NCBI GenBank assembly: GCA_963843795.1 | Contig: CAWJLW010000006.1 | Coordinates: 3,360,375-3,424,374, forward strand | Source: an uncultured bacterium | GTDB lineage: Bacteria; Armatimonadota; Abditibacteriia; Abditibacteriales; Abditibacteriaceae | Length of the DNA: 64,000 nucleotides | Direction: 5' to 3' | Part shown: positions 38,051 to 48,014 of the stretch, piece after piece | Layout: each line of letters begins with the position of its first letter | Position numbering within the stretch: the stretch's first letter is position 1 | Notes under the pieces: generated by a model | What the model saw: the letters and a program-made list of their open reading frames with translations, nothing else | Told to the model about the DNA's origin: nothing | Databases searched by the model: none | Made by a program: the position numbers and the translations under genes

Positions 38051-39373
38051 TCAAGCGCCAAATTCTTTGCGGTCGAGCTTGGTTTTGCCCGGCATTGGCA
38101 CAGCGGGAATCGCCAGTTTCGTGTCCATTTTCAACTGATCCAAAGGCACAGGAGCCAGGCTCAGCGACGAGTTCATGATCTGATCCCACGTCACTTCCTG
38201 TCCGGTATAAGCCGATTCGCGCGCCATGATCGCCGTCAGCGTGCTTTCCGCGATGCGTTTGGCTTCGTTCAGCGGCTCGCCTTTTTGAATGCTGGCAATC
38301 AAATCAACGTGTTCTTGTTCATACGGATTGCGTTCGTCGCCCTCAAATCGCCACGCCTTATCGCCGCGAATGCCGCCTACCCACGCCGAACCCTTGGAGC
38401 CGGTGATATCTTCGGTGACGCGGCTCGCCGTTCCGTCGATCTGGCGGCACTGTCCGGCCCAACGTGCGCCATTGGCGAATTCGTATTCGATGGCGAAATG
38501 GTCGAAAATGTGTCCATACGCCGGATCGGTGCGCACCTGACGTCCGCCCATGCCGTAAGCCTTGGTCGGAGTTGCATTCATCACCCAGTTCATGACGTCG
38601 ATGTTGTGAACATGCTGTTCAACAATGTGATCGCCCGACAGCCAGGTGAAATACAACCAGTTGCGCAACTGCCATTCGACATCCGACCAATTTTCTTCGC
38701 GCTTATTCATCCACAAACCGCCCTGATTCCAGTAAATGCGGCCAGCGGTCACATCGCCAATATCGCCGTTGTGAATGCGCTGAATGGTTTCCAGATAACG
38801 CTGCTGATGGCGGCGCTGCGTGCCAGTTACAATAGCCAACTTTTTTTGTTTGGCGATTTCACCGCTGGCCATAATCGAACGCGCGCCGACCGGATCGACG
38901 GCGACCGGCTTTTCCATAAAAACGTGCTTACCTTTATCGACCGCATAGGCAACATGAAGCGGACGAAAACCGGGCGGCGTGGCGAAAATCACCAGATCAA
39001 CGCCGCCGTTATCAACGACCTGCTTATATGCATCAAAACCGGTAAAAGTTTTGTTATCGGCAACAGCGAACTGCTCGCCCAAACCTTTCAAACCGTTGCG
39101 CGCGCCATCGACGCGCCACTGGAACACATCGCCCAAAGCGACGATTTGCACGTCTTTAGAAGCTTTGGAAATATCGCCCGCCGCGCCGGTTCCGCGTCCG
39201 CCGCAACCCACCAGGCCGACTTTGATGCGTCCGTTGCCTTGCGCCCACGCGTAGTTGGTTTTCAGCGCGCCAAAAGTCGCCATCGCGCCCAAAGCCGCAC
39301 CGGTTTTAATGATGTCGCGGCGCGTCATTTTAATTTCGTTTTTGGCTTCGTCTTTCTGAATTTCGTCGTTCAT
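38051..39373 (-). CDS. Tat-exported Gfo/Idh/MocA oxidoreductase
   Basis: TRRDIIK signal, GCGGRG, ATPPGFRP, MEKP, EQHVHNID; AAGGAG RBS. Confidence 0.9.
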   Translation of the reverse strand: MNDEIQKDEAKNEIKMTRRDIIKTGAALGAMATFGALKTNYAWAQGNGRIKVGLVGCGGRGTGAAGDISKASKDVQIVALGDVFQWRVDGARNGLKGLGEQFAVADNKTFTGFDAYKQVVDNGGVDLVIFATPPGFRPLHVAYAVDKGKHVFMEKPVAVDPVGARSIMASGEIAKQKKLAIVTGTQRRHQQRYLETIQRIHNGDIGDVTAGRIYWNQGGLWMNKREENWSDVEWQLRNWLYFTWLSGDHIVEQHVHNIDVMNWVMNATPTKAYGMGGRQVRTDPAYGHIFDHFAIEYEFANGARWAGQCRQIDGTASRVTEDITGSKGSAWVGGIRGDKAWRFEGDERNPYEQEHVDLIASIQKGEPLNEAKRIAESTLTAIMARESAYTGQEVTWDQIMNSSLSLAPVPLDQLKMDTKLAIPAVPMPGKTKLDRKEFGA

Positions 39374-39411
39374 ATTTCTCCTTGATTTTCGCTCGGCAAG
39401 TACTTGCCGCG

Positions 39412-40233
39412 TTATTTCTTTTCTAAGTCGCCTTCGCAAACTACGCGAAAGCCGACAAACGGTGCATCGCTGAGCCACCATAAACTTTTCGGATTCTGCG
39501 GATCGGTCTGATTCCACTTCGGCTGCTGCGTCTGGCGCGCGGTGTAACTGACATCGGGCTTTTTCGATAAATAACCGCCGCCGCGCACCACGCCCGAAGG
39601 CTTTTCGGCAGTGCTATCGCTGGCCAAACACCATTCCCACACATTGCCCAGCGTATCATGCAAGCCCCACGCGTTGGCTTTTTTAGATGCGACTTCGCGC
39701 GCCTTGTCTTCGGCGTTGTCCCAATACCACGCGACTTCGTTCAGCGATTCCGGCGCGGTCTTGTCGCTGCCCGCGCGTGCCGCGTGTTCCCATTCGGTTT
39801 CGGTCGGCAAACGATATTTCTTGCCGGTTTTTTTGGTCAACCACTCGCAATAACCTTGCGCCGAATGAAATGTCATCGCCAGAGCGGCGAAATTATGATG
39901 GCCAAATCCACGATCCGGCGCGCCATAAGGTTTGCTCGGACGCGATTTGGCATCAACGCCCGCAGCCTGCTCTTCCTGCGTTAAATCGAGACGAAAGGCG
40001 TAAACGTCATATTCATCCCACGTCACTTCGGTTTTGCCAATCCAGAACGGCTTGAGCGACGGAGTTTCGCCGCCGCCTTGCAAAGCTGGAATCGCTTTCA
40101 TTTCAAATTTGACCAGCGTGCCGGGAATTTCCTGCACGAAATCGGTCGCTTTAACTGTCTTTTCCTGTGCGCGCGCGGGCGCAACTAGCGCCGTCGCGAC
40201 ACCACAAGCGACGACGAAGTTCCAAAAACGCAT
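39412..40233 (-). CDS. Secreted FGE-sulfatase (SUMF1/PvdO) domain protein
   Basis: IGKTEVTW, YRLPTETEWEHAARAG, NAWGLHDTLGNVWEW, RGG, GFRVV. Confidence 0.9.
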   Translation of the reverse strand: MRFWNFVVACGVATALVAPARAQEKTVKATDFVQEIPGTLVKFEMKAIPALQGGGETPSLKPFWIGKTEVTWDEYDVYAFRLDLTQEEQAAGVDAKSRPSKPYGAPDRGFGHHNFAALAMTFHSAQGYCEWLTKKTGKKYRLPTETEWEHAARAGSDKTAPESLNEVAWYWDNAEDKAREVASKKANAWGLHDTLGNVWEWCLASDSTAEKPSGVVRGGGYLSKKPDVSYTARQTQQPKWNQTDPQNPKSLWWLSDAPFVGFRVVCEGDLEKK

Positions 40234-40273
40234 AGTGTTTAGATATTCCCCAAATTTCAATTTCTTCATCCCT

Positions 40274-41236
40274 GTGTTTAAAATTTACGCCATTGCAATA
40301 TCGATTTTAGTTGCGTGCGTTGCGCTCGTCACGCGCGCTCAAACCATTGAAATTCCGACCAATCTGCAACAACGCTTTGAATTTCGCGAAATTCACATGG
40401 GCGTTGCGGCGCGTTTGGTCCTGTACGCACGAAACGAAACCGACGCGCAAAATGCCGCGCGCGCCGCTTTTGCGCGCGTGGCTGAATTGGAACAGATCGC
40501 TTCCGATTATCGCGCCGACAGCGAAGTGCGTTTGGCAAGTCGTCATTTCGACCGGCCAAACGCCGCACAGTTGCGCATCAGCGCCGATCTGTTCGCGATG
40601 TTGAGCCTGTCGCGCCGCGTCGCGCACGCTTCAAACGGGCTTTTCGACCCGACGATTTCGCCGCTCGTCACCCTGTGGCGCCGTGCGCGCCAAACCCAAA
40701 AATTGCCTTCTCAAAATGAAATCAGGGCCGCGAAAAAACTCGTGGGCTGGCGAAAAATGAAGTTGAACCAACGCGCGCAAACTTTACAACTGCAGCCCGG
40801 AATGCGCTTGGATTTGGGCGGAGTCGCCAAAGGTTACGCGTGCGATAAGGCGCTGCAAGTACTTGCAGCGCATAAAATTCGCAGTGCGATGATTGAACTG
40901 GGTGGCGACATTGCCGTTGGCGCTCCGCCGCCTCAGCAAACCGGATGGCACATTGAAGCGCCGGACAATCGCGTGTGGATTTTAAAAAACTGCGCGATTT
41001 CAACTTCGGGTGACAGCGTGCAATGGCTTGAAATCGGTGGCGTTCGCTATTCGCATCTCGTTGATGTGCGCAGCGGTTTGGGCCGAACCGATCATTATTC
41101 CGCGACCGTCATTGCGCCAAATGCTACGCTGAGCGATGCGCTGTCGAGCGCGGCGGGTTTAATGGGAACGAAAAAAGCGCAGAAATTAAAGCGCGAATTT
41201 CCGGTTCTGCGGCTGCAAGTACTTGCAGGATACTAA
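40274..41236 (+). CDS. apbE: FAD:protein FMN transferase, exported
   Basis: HMG, FDPTI, DLGGVAKGY, GGD, STSGD, YSHLVD, DALSSA. GTG start and signal peptide inferred. Confidence 0.88.
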   Translation: MFKIYAIAISILVACVALVTRAQTIEIPTNLQQRFEFREIHMGVAARLVLYARNETDAQNAARAAFARVAELEQIASDYRADSEVRLASRHFDRPNAAQLRISADLFAMLSLSRRVAHASNGLFDPTISPLVTLWRRARQTQKLPSQNEIRAAKKLVGWRKMKLNQRAQTLQLQPGMRLDLGGVAKGYACDKALQVLAAHKIRSAMIELGGDIAVGAPPPQQTGWHIEAPDNRVWILKNCAISTSGDSVQWLEIGGVRYSHLVDVRSGLGRTDHYSATVIAPNATLSDALSSAAGLMGTKKAQKLKREFPVLRLQVLAGY

Positions 41237-41285
41237 AACCACTAGAGAGAATAGAAATGTGCATTTCTATTTTCTCTAGTGGTTT
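41236..41285. terminator. AT-rich 24-bp-stem hairpin between convergent genes
   Basis: AAACCACTAGAGAGAATAGAAATG-TG-CATTTCTATTTTCTCTAGTGGTTT, with one G-T pair. Confidence 0.7.
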
Positions 41286-41301
41286 CCCAATGACGCGAAA
41301 A

Positions 41302-42795
41302 TCACGAAAGCGGAACTAAGACGATGTTGCGAAATTGAATCGCTGCGCCTTCGGATTGCAGACCGATGGTGCCGGGGATGACGGCCACATCGCTGGCCAC
41401 GTTTTGCTCCATGTTGTTCACTTTGAGCGAAAGGTCGGTACCCTGGAGCTTGATTTCGTAATCGTTCCACTGCCCGACCGGACGTTCGTTGGTCGGATGA
41501 GCTTTGACGGTGTGACGATCATTGGTGCGCTCTTGCGCGACTTTCATCGGAAATTTGTCGATGTTCCAAATATCGCCCGCGTTTTCATGCTGCAACTGCG
41601 CTTCAATCGAGCGTGGCCACACTTTATCATCGCTGTGCAAACGCATCAGAACGCCGCTGTTGCCCGGCTTATCAAAGCGCCACTGCAAACGCAGCAAGTA
41701 GTTCGTGTATTCTTTACAGGTTCGAATGTAGCCCGCGGGCTGGCCCGAACATTTCAACACGCCATCTTCGACTTTCCACACATTTTCGACCGGCGTTTTG
41801 CCATCGCCCGAAACCCAAACCCAGCCATCTAAATTCTGACCGTTGAACAATTTGATTTCGTTGGGCGCGGGCGGGGCAGCCGCCAACTTTTTCGCGACCA
41901 TGTTCATCGCTTGCAAATCACCAAAGGCGCGCACGAAGCCGATGCACTGCGCGACATCGGTAATTGAATTATCCCAGTTATATTCGTATTCCACCGACAG
42001 ACTGCCAGCGAAATTTTGGCGCTTCAATTCGGCCAGAATTGCTGGAATTTCGCTGACGCCGCTGCCGTAAGGCACATCGTGACCATTGGGCGAAAATTCG
42101 TTCAAATCTTTAAGATGGCTCGAAACAATGCGTCCCTGCAAAATTTTCAGTGCATCAACCGGACGCACGCCCGAACGCACCCAATGTCCGGTATCGGCGC
42201 ACGCGCCAATGCGCATATCGCGGTCTTTAACCACCGATAAAACGTAATTCGGGTCCCACATTTTGTAATTCGGGTCGTTGTCGCGCTTTGGATGATCATG
42301 AAAGCCAACTTTGATATCGAATTCCTTGACCATTTTTTCGATCATATCAATCGCATCGACCGACTCGGTATTGAGAATGCCGATGTCCATCGTTTTGGCC
42401 CACTGGAACAATTTGCGCGCTTCGTCTTCGTTGCGCGAAATGCCCGTCACACCAAAAGCGACGACCTTGACATTTTTCTCGGCCAAATGCTTTTTCAGCT
42501 TTTCGATGGCTTCGGGCGACATATTCTGATCGACTTTATCTTCGCCGTCCGCGCTGAGTTTCTGACCCGGAAACAGCTCGATAACGTGACCGCCCGCTTG
42601 AGCCGTTTTGTCGATGGCTTCAAACGTCGTGAATTTGTTGAACGTCCACGCCTGTGCGCCGATAGCGAAACCGCCAATTTTCACATTATCGGGAATCGGC
42701 GCCGCTTGAGCCGCGCGCTCGGTGTGTGTGATAACGCCGCCGAATAATGTCGTGCTGGCCAAAGTGAGGGCCAGAATGGGAAATTTCCATTTCAT
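41302..42795 (-). CDS. Secreted xylose-isomerase-like TIM barrel fused to DUF1080
   Basis: Signal peptide, QAWTFN, DTGHWVRSG, HLKD, SVEYE, then LFNGQNLDGW, GNSGV, IEAQL, IGLQSEG, FRNI. Confidence 0.85.
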   Translation of the reverse strand: MKWKFPILALTLASTTLFGGVITHTERAAQAAPIPDNVKIGGFAIGAQAWTFNKFTTFEAIDKTAQAGGHVIELFPGQKLSADGEDKVDQNMSPEAIEKLKKHLAEKNVKVVAFGVTGISRNEDEARKLFQWAKTMDIGILNTESVDAIDMIEKMVKEFDIKVGFHDHPKRDNDPNYKMWDPNYVLSVVKDRDMRIGACADTGHWVRSGVRPVDALKILQGRIVSSHLKDLNEFSPNGHDVPYGSGVSEIPAILAELKRQNFAGSLSVEYEYNWDNSITDVAQCIGFVRAFGDLQAMNMVAKKLAAAPPAPNEIKLFNGQNLDGWVWVSGDGKTPVENVWKVEDGVLKCSGQPAGYIRTCKEYTNYLLRLQWRFDKPGNSGVLMRLHSDDKVWPRSIEAQLQHENAGDIWNIDKFPMKVAQERTNDRHTVKAHPTNERPVGQWNDYEIKLQGTDLSLKVNNMEQNVASDVAVIPGTIGLQSEGAAIQFRNIVLVPLS

Positions 42796-42926
42796 AAATT
42801 GTCTCCTTGATTGAAACGCCAATTGAATGATCGTGAGTTTTTGTGATGGGAATTTGTAACAAATTTGTGCTTTCTCATCGACAAGCCATGTGCCCAATGG
42901 TTTCGATGCCCAATTATAGAAGAATT

Positions 42927-42966
42927 GCGAAAGGCGCACTGCAAGTACTTGCAGTGCGCCTTTCGC
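42927..42966. terminator. 40-bp perfect palindrome (motif-centred)
   Basis: GCGAAAGGCGCACTGCAAGT|ACTTGCAGTGCGCCTTTCGC, downstream of the HEAT-repeat gene. Confidence 0.62.
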
Positions 42967-42992
42967 GGTTTCCAAAGCTCACCTGTACAGCT

Positions 42993-45161
42993 TTAATTGG
43001 TACGCTTGATTTGTTCCTGCAATTTGTTCTTGGTATCGTTGTTGGCGCTGGAGGCGAGGGCTTTTTCCAAAATCGGGCGCGCATCTCTTAACTGTTGGCC
43101 GCGCAAACCTTCACTAATTTTGACAATAGTCGCGCCTGCGCTATCTTTCAAGCCATCATCGGCCAACAGCGGCTCGGCCAGTTTCAAAGCGTTCAGGGTT
43201 TTGATGTCGCCCAATGCGCCCAGCAACAGTTGTTTTTCTTCACCGCGTTTGGCGACTTCCATCGCGTTTTTGAGAATCGCGACTTTTTCATCGCCATTTT
43301 GTTCGCTGCGACCGACCAAACGCGCCACGCCGCGCAAAGCCAGCACATTATAAACCGGCTTCTGCGCCGCGCCCGCCACTTCAATTAGAGTCGGAATCGC
43401 TTGCGGCGAAGGCCAATCGGCTAAAGCGCGAATCGCGGCGTCGCTGACATCGGCGTCGGCGTCTTTGGTCGCCGCCGCTACGCGATCGAAACCTTGCATG
43501 CTGCCCAGCGTGCCCAGCAAACGAAAAGTGCTGGCTCGCAGCGGCGTGGCCAAATTCGGCGTGGCAAGTACTTGCAGCAGCGGTTCGGGCGAGATTTGAG
43601 TTTTATCGTTGCGATTATAAATCGCACTCACGGCTTTTTCGCCCACGCCCACATCGCCGCCTTTTTGCAGCCACAGCATCAGCGCTGGCACTGCTGTGGG
43701 TGTGCCGATTTCTCCAATTGAACGCGCCGCTTCTTTGGCCACATCGCCCGTTCCGTTTAGCAGCGTAATCATTGCAGGCAAAGCACTTATCTCGCGGCGC
43801 GCTGTCAAAGCGCGCAAGGCTTCGGTTTGGCGCGCCGAATCGGTGCCTTTCAAAACCGCCATCAGTTTTGTATTGACCGCTGCGCCTTCGGTTCCGGTCG
43901 CGCCCAGAACGCTAAGAGCGCTGCGCGCTGCCGCTTGCGCATCGCCTTCAACAGCGGCCACAGCCAGCAGACGATCGACATCGGCACTGTTGCCCAGTGC
44001 GCCCAGCGCATTGGCCGCCGCAACTTTCACTTCGGCTGAAGAACTGTTTTGCAGCGCGATAACAGCGTTCTTCACGCTGTTATCGCCACGATCTGCGAGC
44101 GCGTCCAGTAGTAAAACCTGAGCGGGCGCGGGCAGCTTGGGCAACAATTCGCCCAGCATCTTGGTCGAATTAGCACCCGGCATCAAGAGGGTGAGACGTG
44201 CGGCGTGAGCGCGCATTTTTTCATCCGAACCCATCAACGCCGCACTGATTTGCGGAAGCGCGCCAGTTCCGCGCGCCAGTACCAGGCCCCGCAGCGCGCC
44301 TTGACGCACATAAGCACTCGCAGTGGGTTGATACAACGTGTCGTAAAGTTTGGCGGCATCGGGCGCGCGTTTTTCACGCACAGCGCGCGCGGCGTTTTCC
44401 AGCAGCGCATTGGTCACGGCCACTCGCAAAGTCGCGGGCGCCACGCCGTTGAAGCGTGCCAGTAATTTCAATGATTCGGCATTGCCGATTTCGCCCAGGG
44501 CTAGCACCGCTTGATGCGCCACTTCGCCATTCGCATCCTGCAAGTACTTGCCAATGAGATTCACGCTGGTATCGGTATCTGCATCACGCACCACGTTGTC
44601 GGGTGCATAGCGAAAACCCAGCGCGTTGATTAAGCTGGCGCGCATTTCCGGCGTTTTGGCATTCGATACTGCGGTGCGTAGCGCTTGCGCGGCAGTCGGC
44701 GCGGGATTATGCGCTAAGGCGCGACGCGCGCGTTCTTGAACTTGCGGCTCGGCATCATTCAAAAGAGGTGCAATTCCAGCTACGCTTTCCGCTGCGCCGC
44801 TAAGTTCAAGCATTTTCAGCATCCATAAACGCACTTCGAGGGGCGAATCGGCGCTGATATGTTTCAACATCACTTGCGCAACCGAAGAGCGCTGTACTTC
44901 ACGCTGCGGACGCGCAGCGTGCATTACAACATCTTCCCAATCGCTCTGCGCTTTTTCGCGCGCCTTGAGATCATCGCTTGCCAGCGCGGGCAACAGCGAT
45001 TGCAAAACTTGTTCGTAATCGGCCTGCCAAGTTTTGGCGTCGCGCGTTTGCAGCACGCTTTGATCGCGAAATTCGCGCATCAAATCACCTGTATCAGCGG
45101 CAAGTACTTGCAGTGGAAAAGCGCACAGCAAGCTCAACAAAGTCATTCCAGTTTTTTTCAT
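42993..45161 (-). CDS. Secreted HEAT-repeat (PBS lyase-like) protein
   Basis: Signal peptide; many ALGxxG helical repeats; AIRALADWP. Confidence 0.82.
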   Translation of the reverse strand: MKKTGMTLLSLLCAFPLQVLAADTGDLMREFRDQSVLQTRDAKTWQADYEQVLQSLLPALASDDLKAREKAQSDWEDVVMHAARPQREVQRSSVAQVMLKHISADSPLEVRLWMLKMLELSGAAESVAGIAPLLNDAEPQVQERARRALAHNPAPTAAQALRTAVSNAKTPEMRASLINALGFRYAPDNVVRDADTDTSVNLIGKYLQDANGEVAHQAVLALGEIGNAESLKLLARFNGVAPATLRVAVTNALLENAARAVREKRAPDAAKLYDTLYQPTASAYVRQGALRGLVLARGTGALPQISAALMGSDEKMRAHAARLTLLMPGANSTKMLGELLPKLPAPAQVLLLDALADRGDNSVKNAVIALQNSSSAEVKVAAANALGALGNSADVDRLLAVAAVEGDAQAAARSALSVLGATGTEGAAVNTKLMAVLKGTDSARQTEALRALTARREISALPAMITLLNGTGDVAKEAARSIGEIGTPTAVPALMLWLQKGGDVGVGEKAVSAIYNRNDKTQISPEPLLQVLATPNLATPLRASTFRLLGTLGSMQGFDRVAAATKDADADVSDAAIRALADWPSPQAIPTLIEVAGAAQKPVYNVLALRGVARLVGRSEQNGDEKVAILKNAMEVAKRGEEKQLLLGALGDIKTLNALKLAEPLLADDGLKDSAGATIVKISEGLRGQQLRDARPILEKALASSANNDTKNKLQEQIKRTN

Positions 45162-45214
45162 ATTTCAATTCCCAATCACAATTTTTACGCTGCAAGTACG
45201 TGCAGACTTCAATT

Positions 45215-46531
45215 TCAAATGTGACGCTGACCCGAGTCGCGGACAGGCGCGTTTGCAATCTGCGGAGTGGCTCCTTCAACATCTTCGATGTAACTCAACA
45301 AGCGCGCTTGCATCTCGTCCGCGACACCGCGAAAAGCTTTGATGCCGCTGAGATCGCACAATTCATACGGATCGGATTCCAAATCGTACAACGCATCTTC
45401 TTGATACAATGACGCTGCCGGTTTTCGGTAACCTTCGCCTTCGGGCGCGCGCACGCTATATTTCCAACGTTTGGTGCGCACCGCACGACCGATTTGCGAT
45501 TCGGAAATTTGCACGAAAATATCATCGCGCGGCTTTTCTTTCGACGAAAACGAGCGGCCCTGCATCGTTTCGGGAATCGGCACATCGCATGCGTCCAACA
45601 ACGTCGGCGGCAAATCAATCAGCGAAACCAGACCCGGAACTTGCCCGCGATTGCGAAACGGGCCACCATCCAAAGCTAATGGTACGCGAATTGAGGCTTC
45701 GTGGCATGAACGCTTGTATTCATCGTTGCGCGTCTTGAAGTGACAAGCGTGATCGGAAGTCCACAGCACGATAGTTTCTTCATCCAAATTCAGGCTATAA
45801 AGCGCGTCTTGAATGCGTCCGAAGGCTTCGTCCAAACGCTTGATCATGCCGCAGTAGCCGTTCCAATGTTCGGGTGCACTACCGCCCAATTTTTGCAAAT
45901 CCGGCGGCATCCACGCGTTGCCCCAGCCATTTTCGTAGCCATGTGGCGCGGGATAATTATCGCGGTGATTCTGATGATGCGGCTCCAGATACGAAGTGAA
46001 CAAAAAAAACGGTTGTTCGGGCTTTGATTTCTGATGTTTATCAATCCAGCGAATCGTGGCATCGGCGAGAGCATCGACACGATAGCCGGGCAAATCGATC
46101 GCATTTTCGTCTTCGTCGAAAAGCCGCGTTTGATAAGCATCGGAACTCATTTCCAGAGCATTGGCTGCCAACCAGCTTTGATAACCTCCGCGATATTTTT
46201 CTGGCACCGCGCCGCACGATTCATTAGGCGACAGATGCCATTTTCCGATGTAGCCGGTGCGATAACCGGCATCATTGAAATGGTGCGCCAGCGTGCGTTT
46301 TTGCGGATCGAGCGCGATTCCATTGCGCCAGCAGCCATTTTGGGTGGCATAAGTTCCGGTTTGCAAACAAGCGCGCGCCGGACCACAAACCGGCTGCATG
46401 GTGAAAGTGTGCGTGGCGTGCGTGCCGCGCGCTGCCATCGCGTCGTAATGCGGCGTCAATCCCAACGGACAGCCCAGAACACCGGTCGTGTCGTGACGTT
46501 GCTGATCAGTGAAAAATACCAGCACGTTCAT
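45215..46531 (-). CDS. Sulfatase (Cys-type, formylglycine-dependent)
   Basis: FTDQQR, CGPAR (CxPxR), GYIGKWHL, EPH, TSDH, YDLESDPYE. Confidence 0.92.
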   Translation of the reverse strand: MNVLVFFTDQQRHDTTGVLGCPLGLTPHYDAMAARGTHATHTFTMQPVCGPARACLQTGTYATQNGCWRNGIALDPQKRTLAHHFNDAGYRTGYIGKWHLSPNESCGAVPEKYRGGYQSWLAANALEMSSDAYQTRLFDEDENAIDLPGYRVDALADATIRWIDKHQKSKPEQPFFLFTSYLEPHHQNHRDNYPAPHGYENGWGNAWMPPDLQKLGGSAPEHWNGYCGMIKRLDEAFGRIQDALYSLNLDEETIVLWTSDHACHFKTRNDEYKRSCHEASIRVPLALDGGPFRNRGQVPGLVSLIDLPPTLLDACDVPIPETMQGRSFSSKEKPRDDIFVQISESQIGRAVRTKRWKYSVRAPEGEGYRKPAASLYQEDALYDLESDPYELCDLSGIKAFRGVADEMQARLLSYIEDVEGATPQIANAPVRDSGQRHI

Positions 46532-46610
46532 AGTGGTGGTTTAAGTGGTGGTCTAAAAGCGCGCTGCAGATACCTGCGCAAGTACTTGCAGCGCGCTTTG
46601 GGTTCAACAA

Positions 46611-47885
46611 TTAAATTGTCCACGGCGAACGGCGCGGTCGGTCGAGCCAGCGTGCGGCTTCGGGATCGCCGTCGATGGTTTCAGTCACGGGATTCCAGTT
46701 GATGGGCCGCTCGACCCACTGGGCAATATTGCCCAGATGACAAACCGTCGCACTGCGCGCGCCGACTTCCACGTCGCAAATCGGGAGCTGTCGCGTGCGA
46801 ATGCTATTGACCCAATCGGCGATCTGGTTGTTGGAATTGTGCAGGTGAATTTCGTTGGCACCAATCGGCTGACGCGTGATTTCATCAGGCCAACTGCGGA
46901 TTAAACCACGATTCACGAAAATTTTGCCTTCGGTTCCAGTGAATAAAACTCCGTTCCCATCCGGCATACCTTCGGGCATCCCGTTATACATCTCGACGCC
47001 GTTAGCGTAGCGATAAGTCAGGGTTTTAATGTCTTTGCCATCTGGCGGCAAAACCTGAGTCGGGCCGCTGTTGTCCATGCCCAAGGCCCACTGCGCGATG
47101 TCGAAGTGATGCGCGCCCCAGTCGGTCAGCATTCCACCCGAATAATCGCGAAAATAACGCCAACCGCCGCCGTAGTCGCCGCTCACGCGCGTGCTGTTGA
47201 ACGGTTTGAACGGCGCCGGGCCGAGCCACATGTTGTAATCGAAGCCATCGGGAATTGGTTCGGTTGGCACGACCTGTTCGCTTGACTGCTTACCATTGTT
47301 GGGCAGGCCAATGTGAATCGTTTTGATTTGTCCGATGCGACCATTGCGCACCAGTTCGCACGCTTGACGGAACTGCGCCATCGAGCGCTGCATCGAACCA
47401 GTTTGCAAGATGCGATCGTAGCGACGCACAGCGTTCACCATACCGCGCGCTTCGGCAATCGTCAGGCTCAGCGGCTTTTCACAGTAAATATCTTTGCCGC
47501 TTTGCGCCGCCAGAATCGCCATCGGCGCGTGCCAATGATCTGGCACTGCCATTACAATCGCATCGATGTCGGGGCGCGCCAGCAGTTCGCGGAAATCAGC
47601 ATAAGCCGTGACGCCTTTATTTTTTTCCTCGGCTTTGGCCTTCCATTCTTCGCGGCGTTCGCGACGCACATCAGAGACCGCGACAATCGGCGTATCATCG
47701 CGCCCGCGCACCGTGTAAAACAAACCCGGCATCTGATTGCCATGACCGATCGTGCCAACGACGATGCGGTTGGAGGCCGCGGGCGTCGTATCATCGCCCA
47801 AGGCTTTAGAAGTGATGATGTAGGGAATGGCCAACGTCCCGGCGGCGGCGCCCAAAAAGCGGCGGCGTGTAAGATTCTCGGACAT
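46611..47885 (-). CDS. Tat-exported Gfo/Idh/MocA oxidoreductase
   Basis: TRRRFLG signal, PDHWH, YCEKP, GSMQRS, DWGAHHFD. Confidence 0.92.
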   Translation of the reverse strand: MSENLTRRRFLGAAAGTLAIPYIITSKALGDDTTPAASNRIVVGTIGHGNQMPGLFYTVRGRDDTPIVAVSDVRRERREEWKAKAEEKNKGVTAYADFRELLARPDIDAIVMAVPDHWHAPMAILAAQSGKDIYCEKPLSLTIAEARGMVNAVRRYDRILQTGSMQRSMAQFRQACELVRNGRIGQIKTIHIGLPNNGKQSSEQVVPTEPIPDGFDYNMWLGPAPFKPFNSTRVSGDYGGGWRYFRDYSGGMLTDWGAHHFDIAQWALGMDNSGPTQVLPPDGKDIKTLTYRYANGVEMYNGMPEGMPDGNGVLFTGTEGKIFVNRGLIRSWPDEITRQPIGANEIHLHNSNNQIADWVNSIRTRQLPICDVEVGARSATVCHLGNIAQWVERPINWNPVTETIDGDPEAARWLDRPRRSPWTI

Positions 47886-48014
47886 AATTTTCCTCGCTTA
47901 AAACCGCTGCCGAGAATGCAGCGAACAAAAAATTTCAAAATCGGCTCTGCAAGTACTTGCAGAATACAATTTCCTAAAATTTATGTTGCGATTTTCTCGG
48001 CAGCGATTTTCAAA

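Noticed and set aside
38024..39385. 453-aa plus-strand ORF and other long antisense ORFs (e.g. 47313-48206, 49267-50247)
   Set aside because: Shadow frames of clear minus-strand genes, with no recognisable motifs.
39412..40233. FGE-domain protein as the activator of the nearby sulfatase or a DGR target
   Set aside because: It is exported, lacks the catalytic Cys pair near RGG, and no reverse transcriptase or template repeat is present.
46532..46552. AGTGGTGGT direct repeat before the sulfatase start
   Set aside because: Only 9 bp, low complexity, two copies; could be chance.
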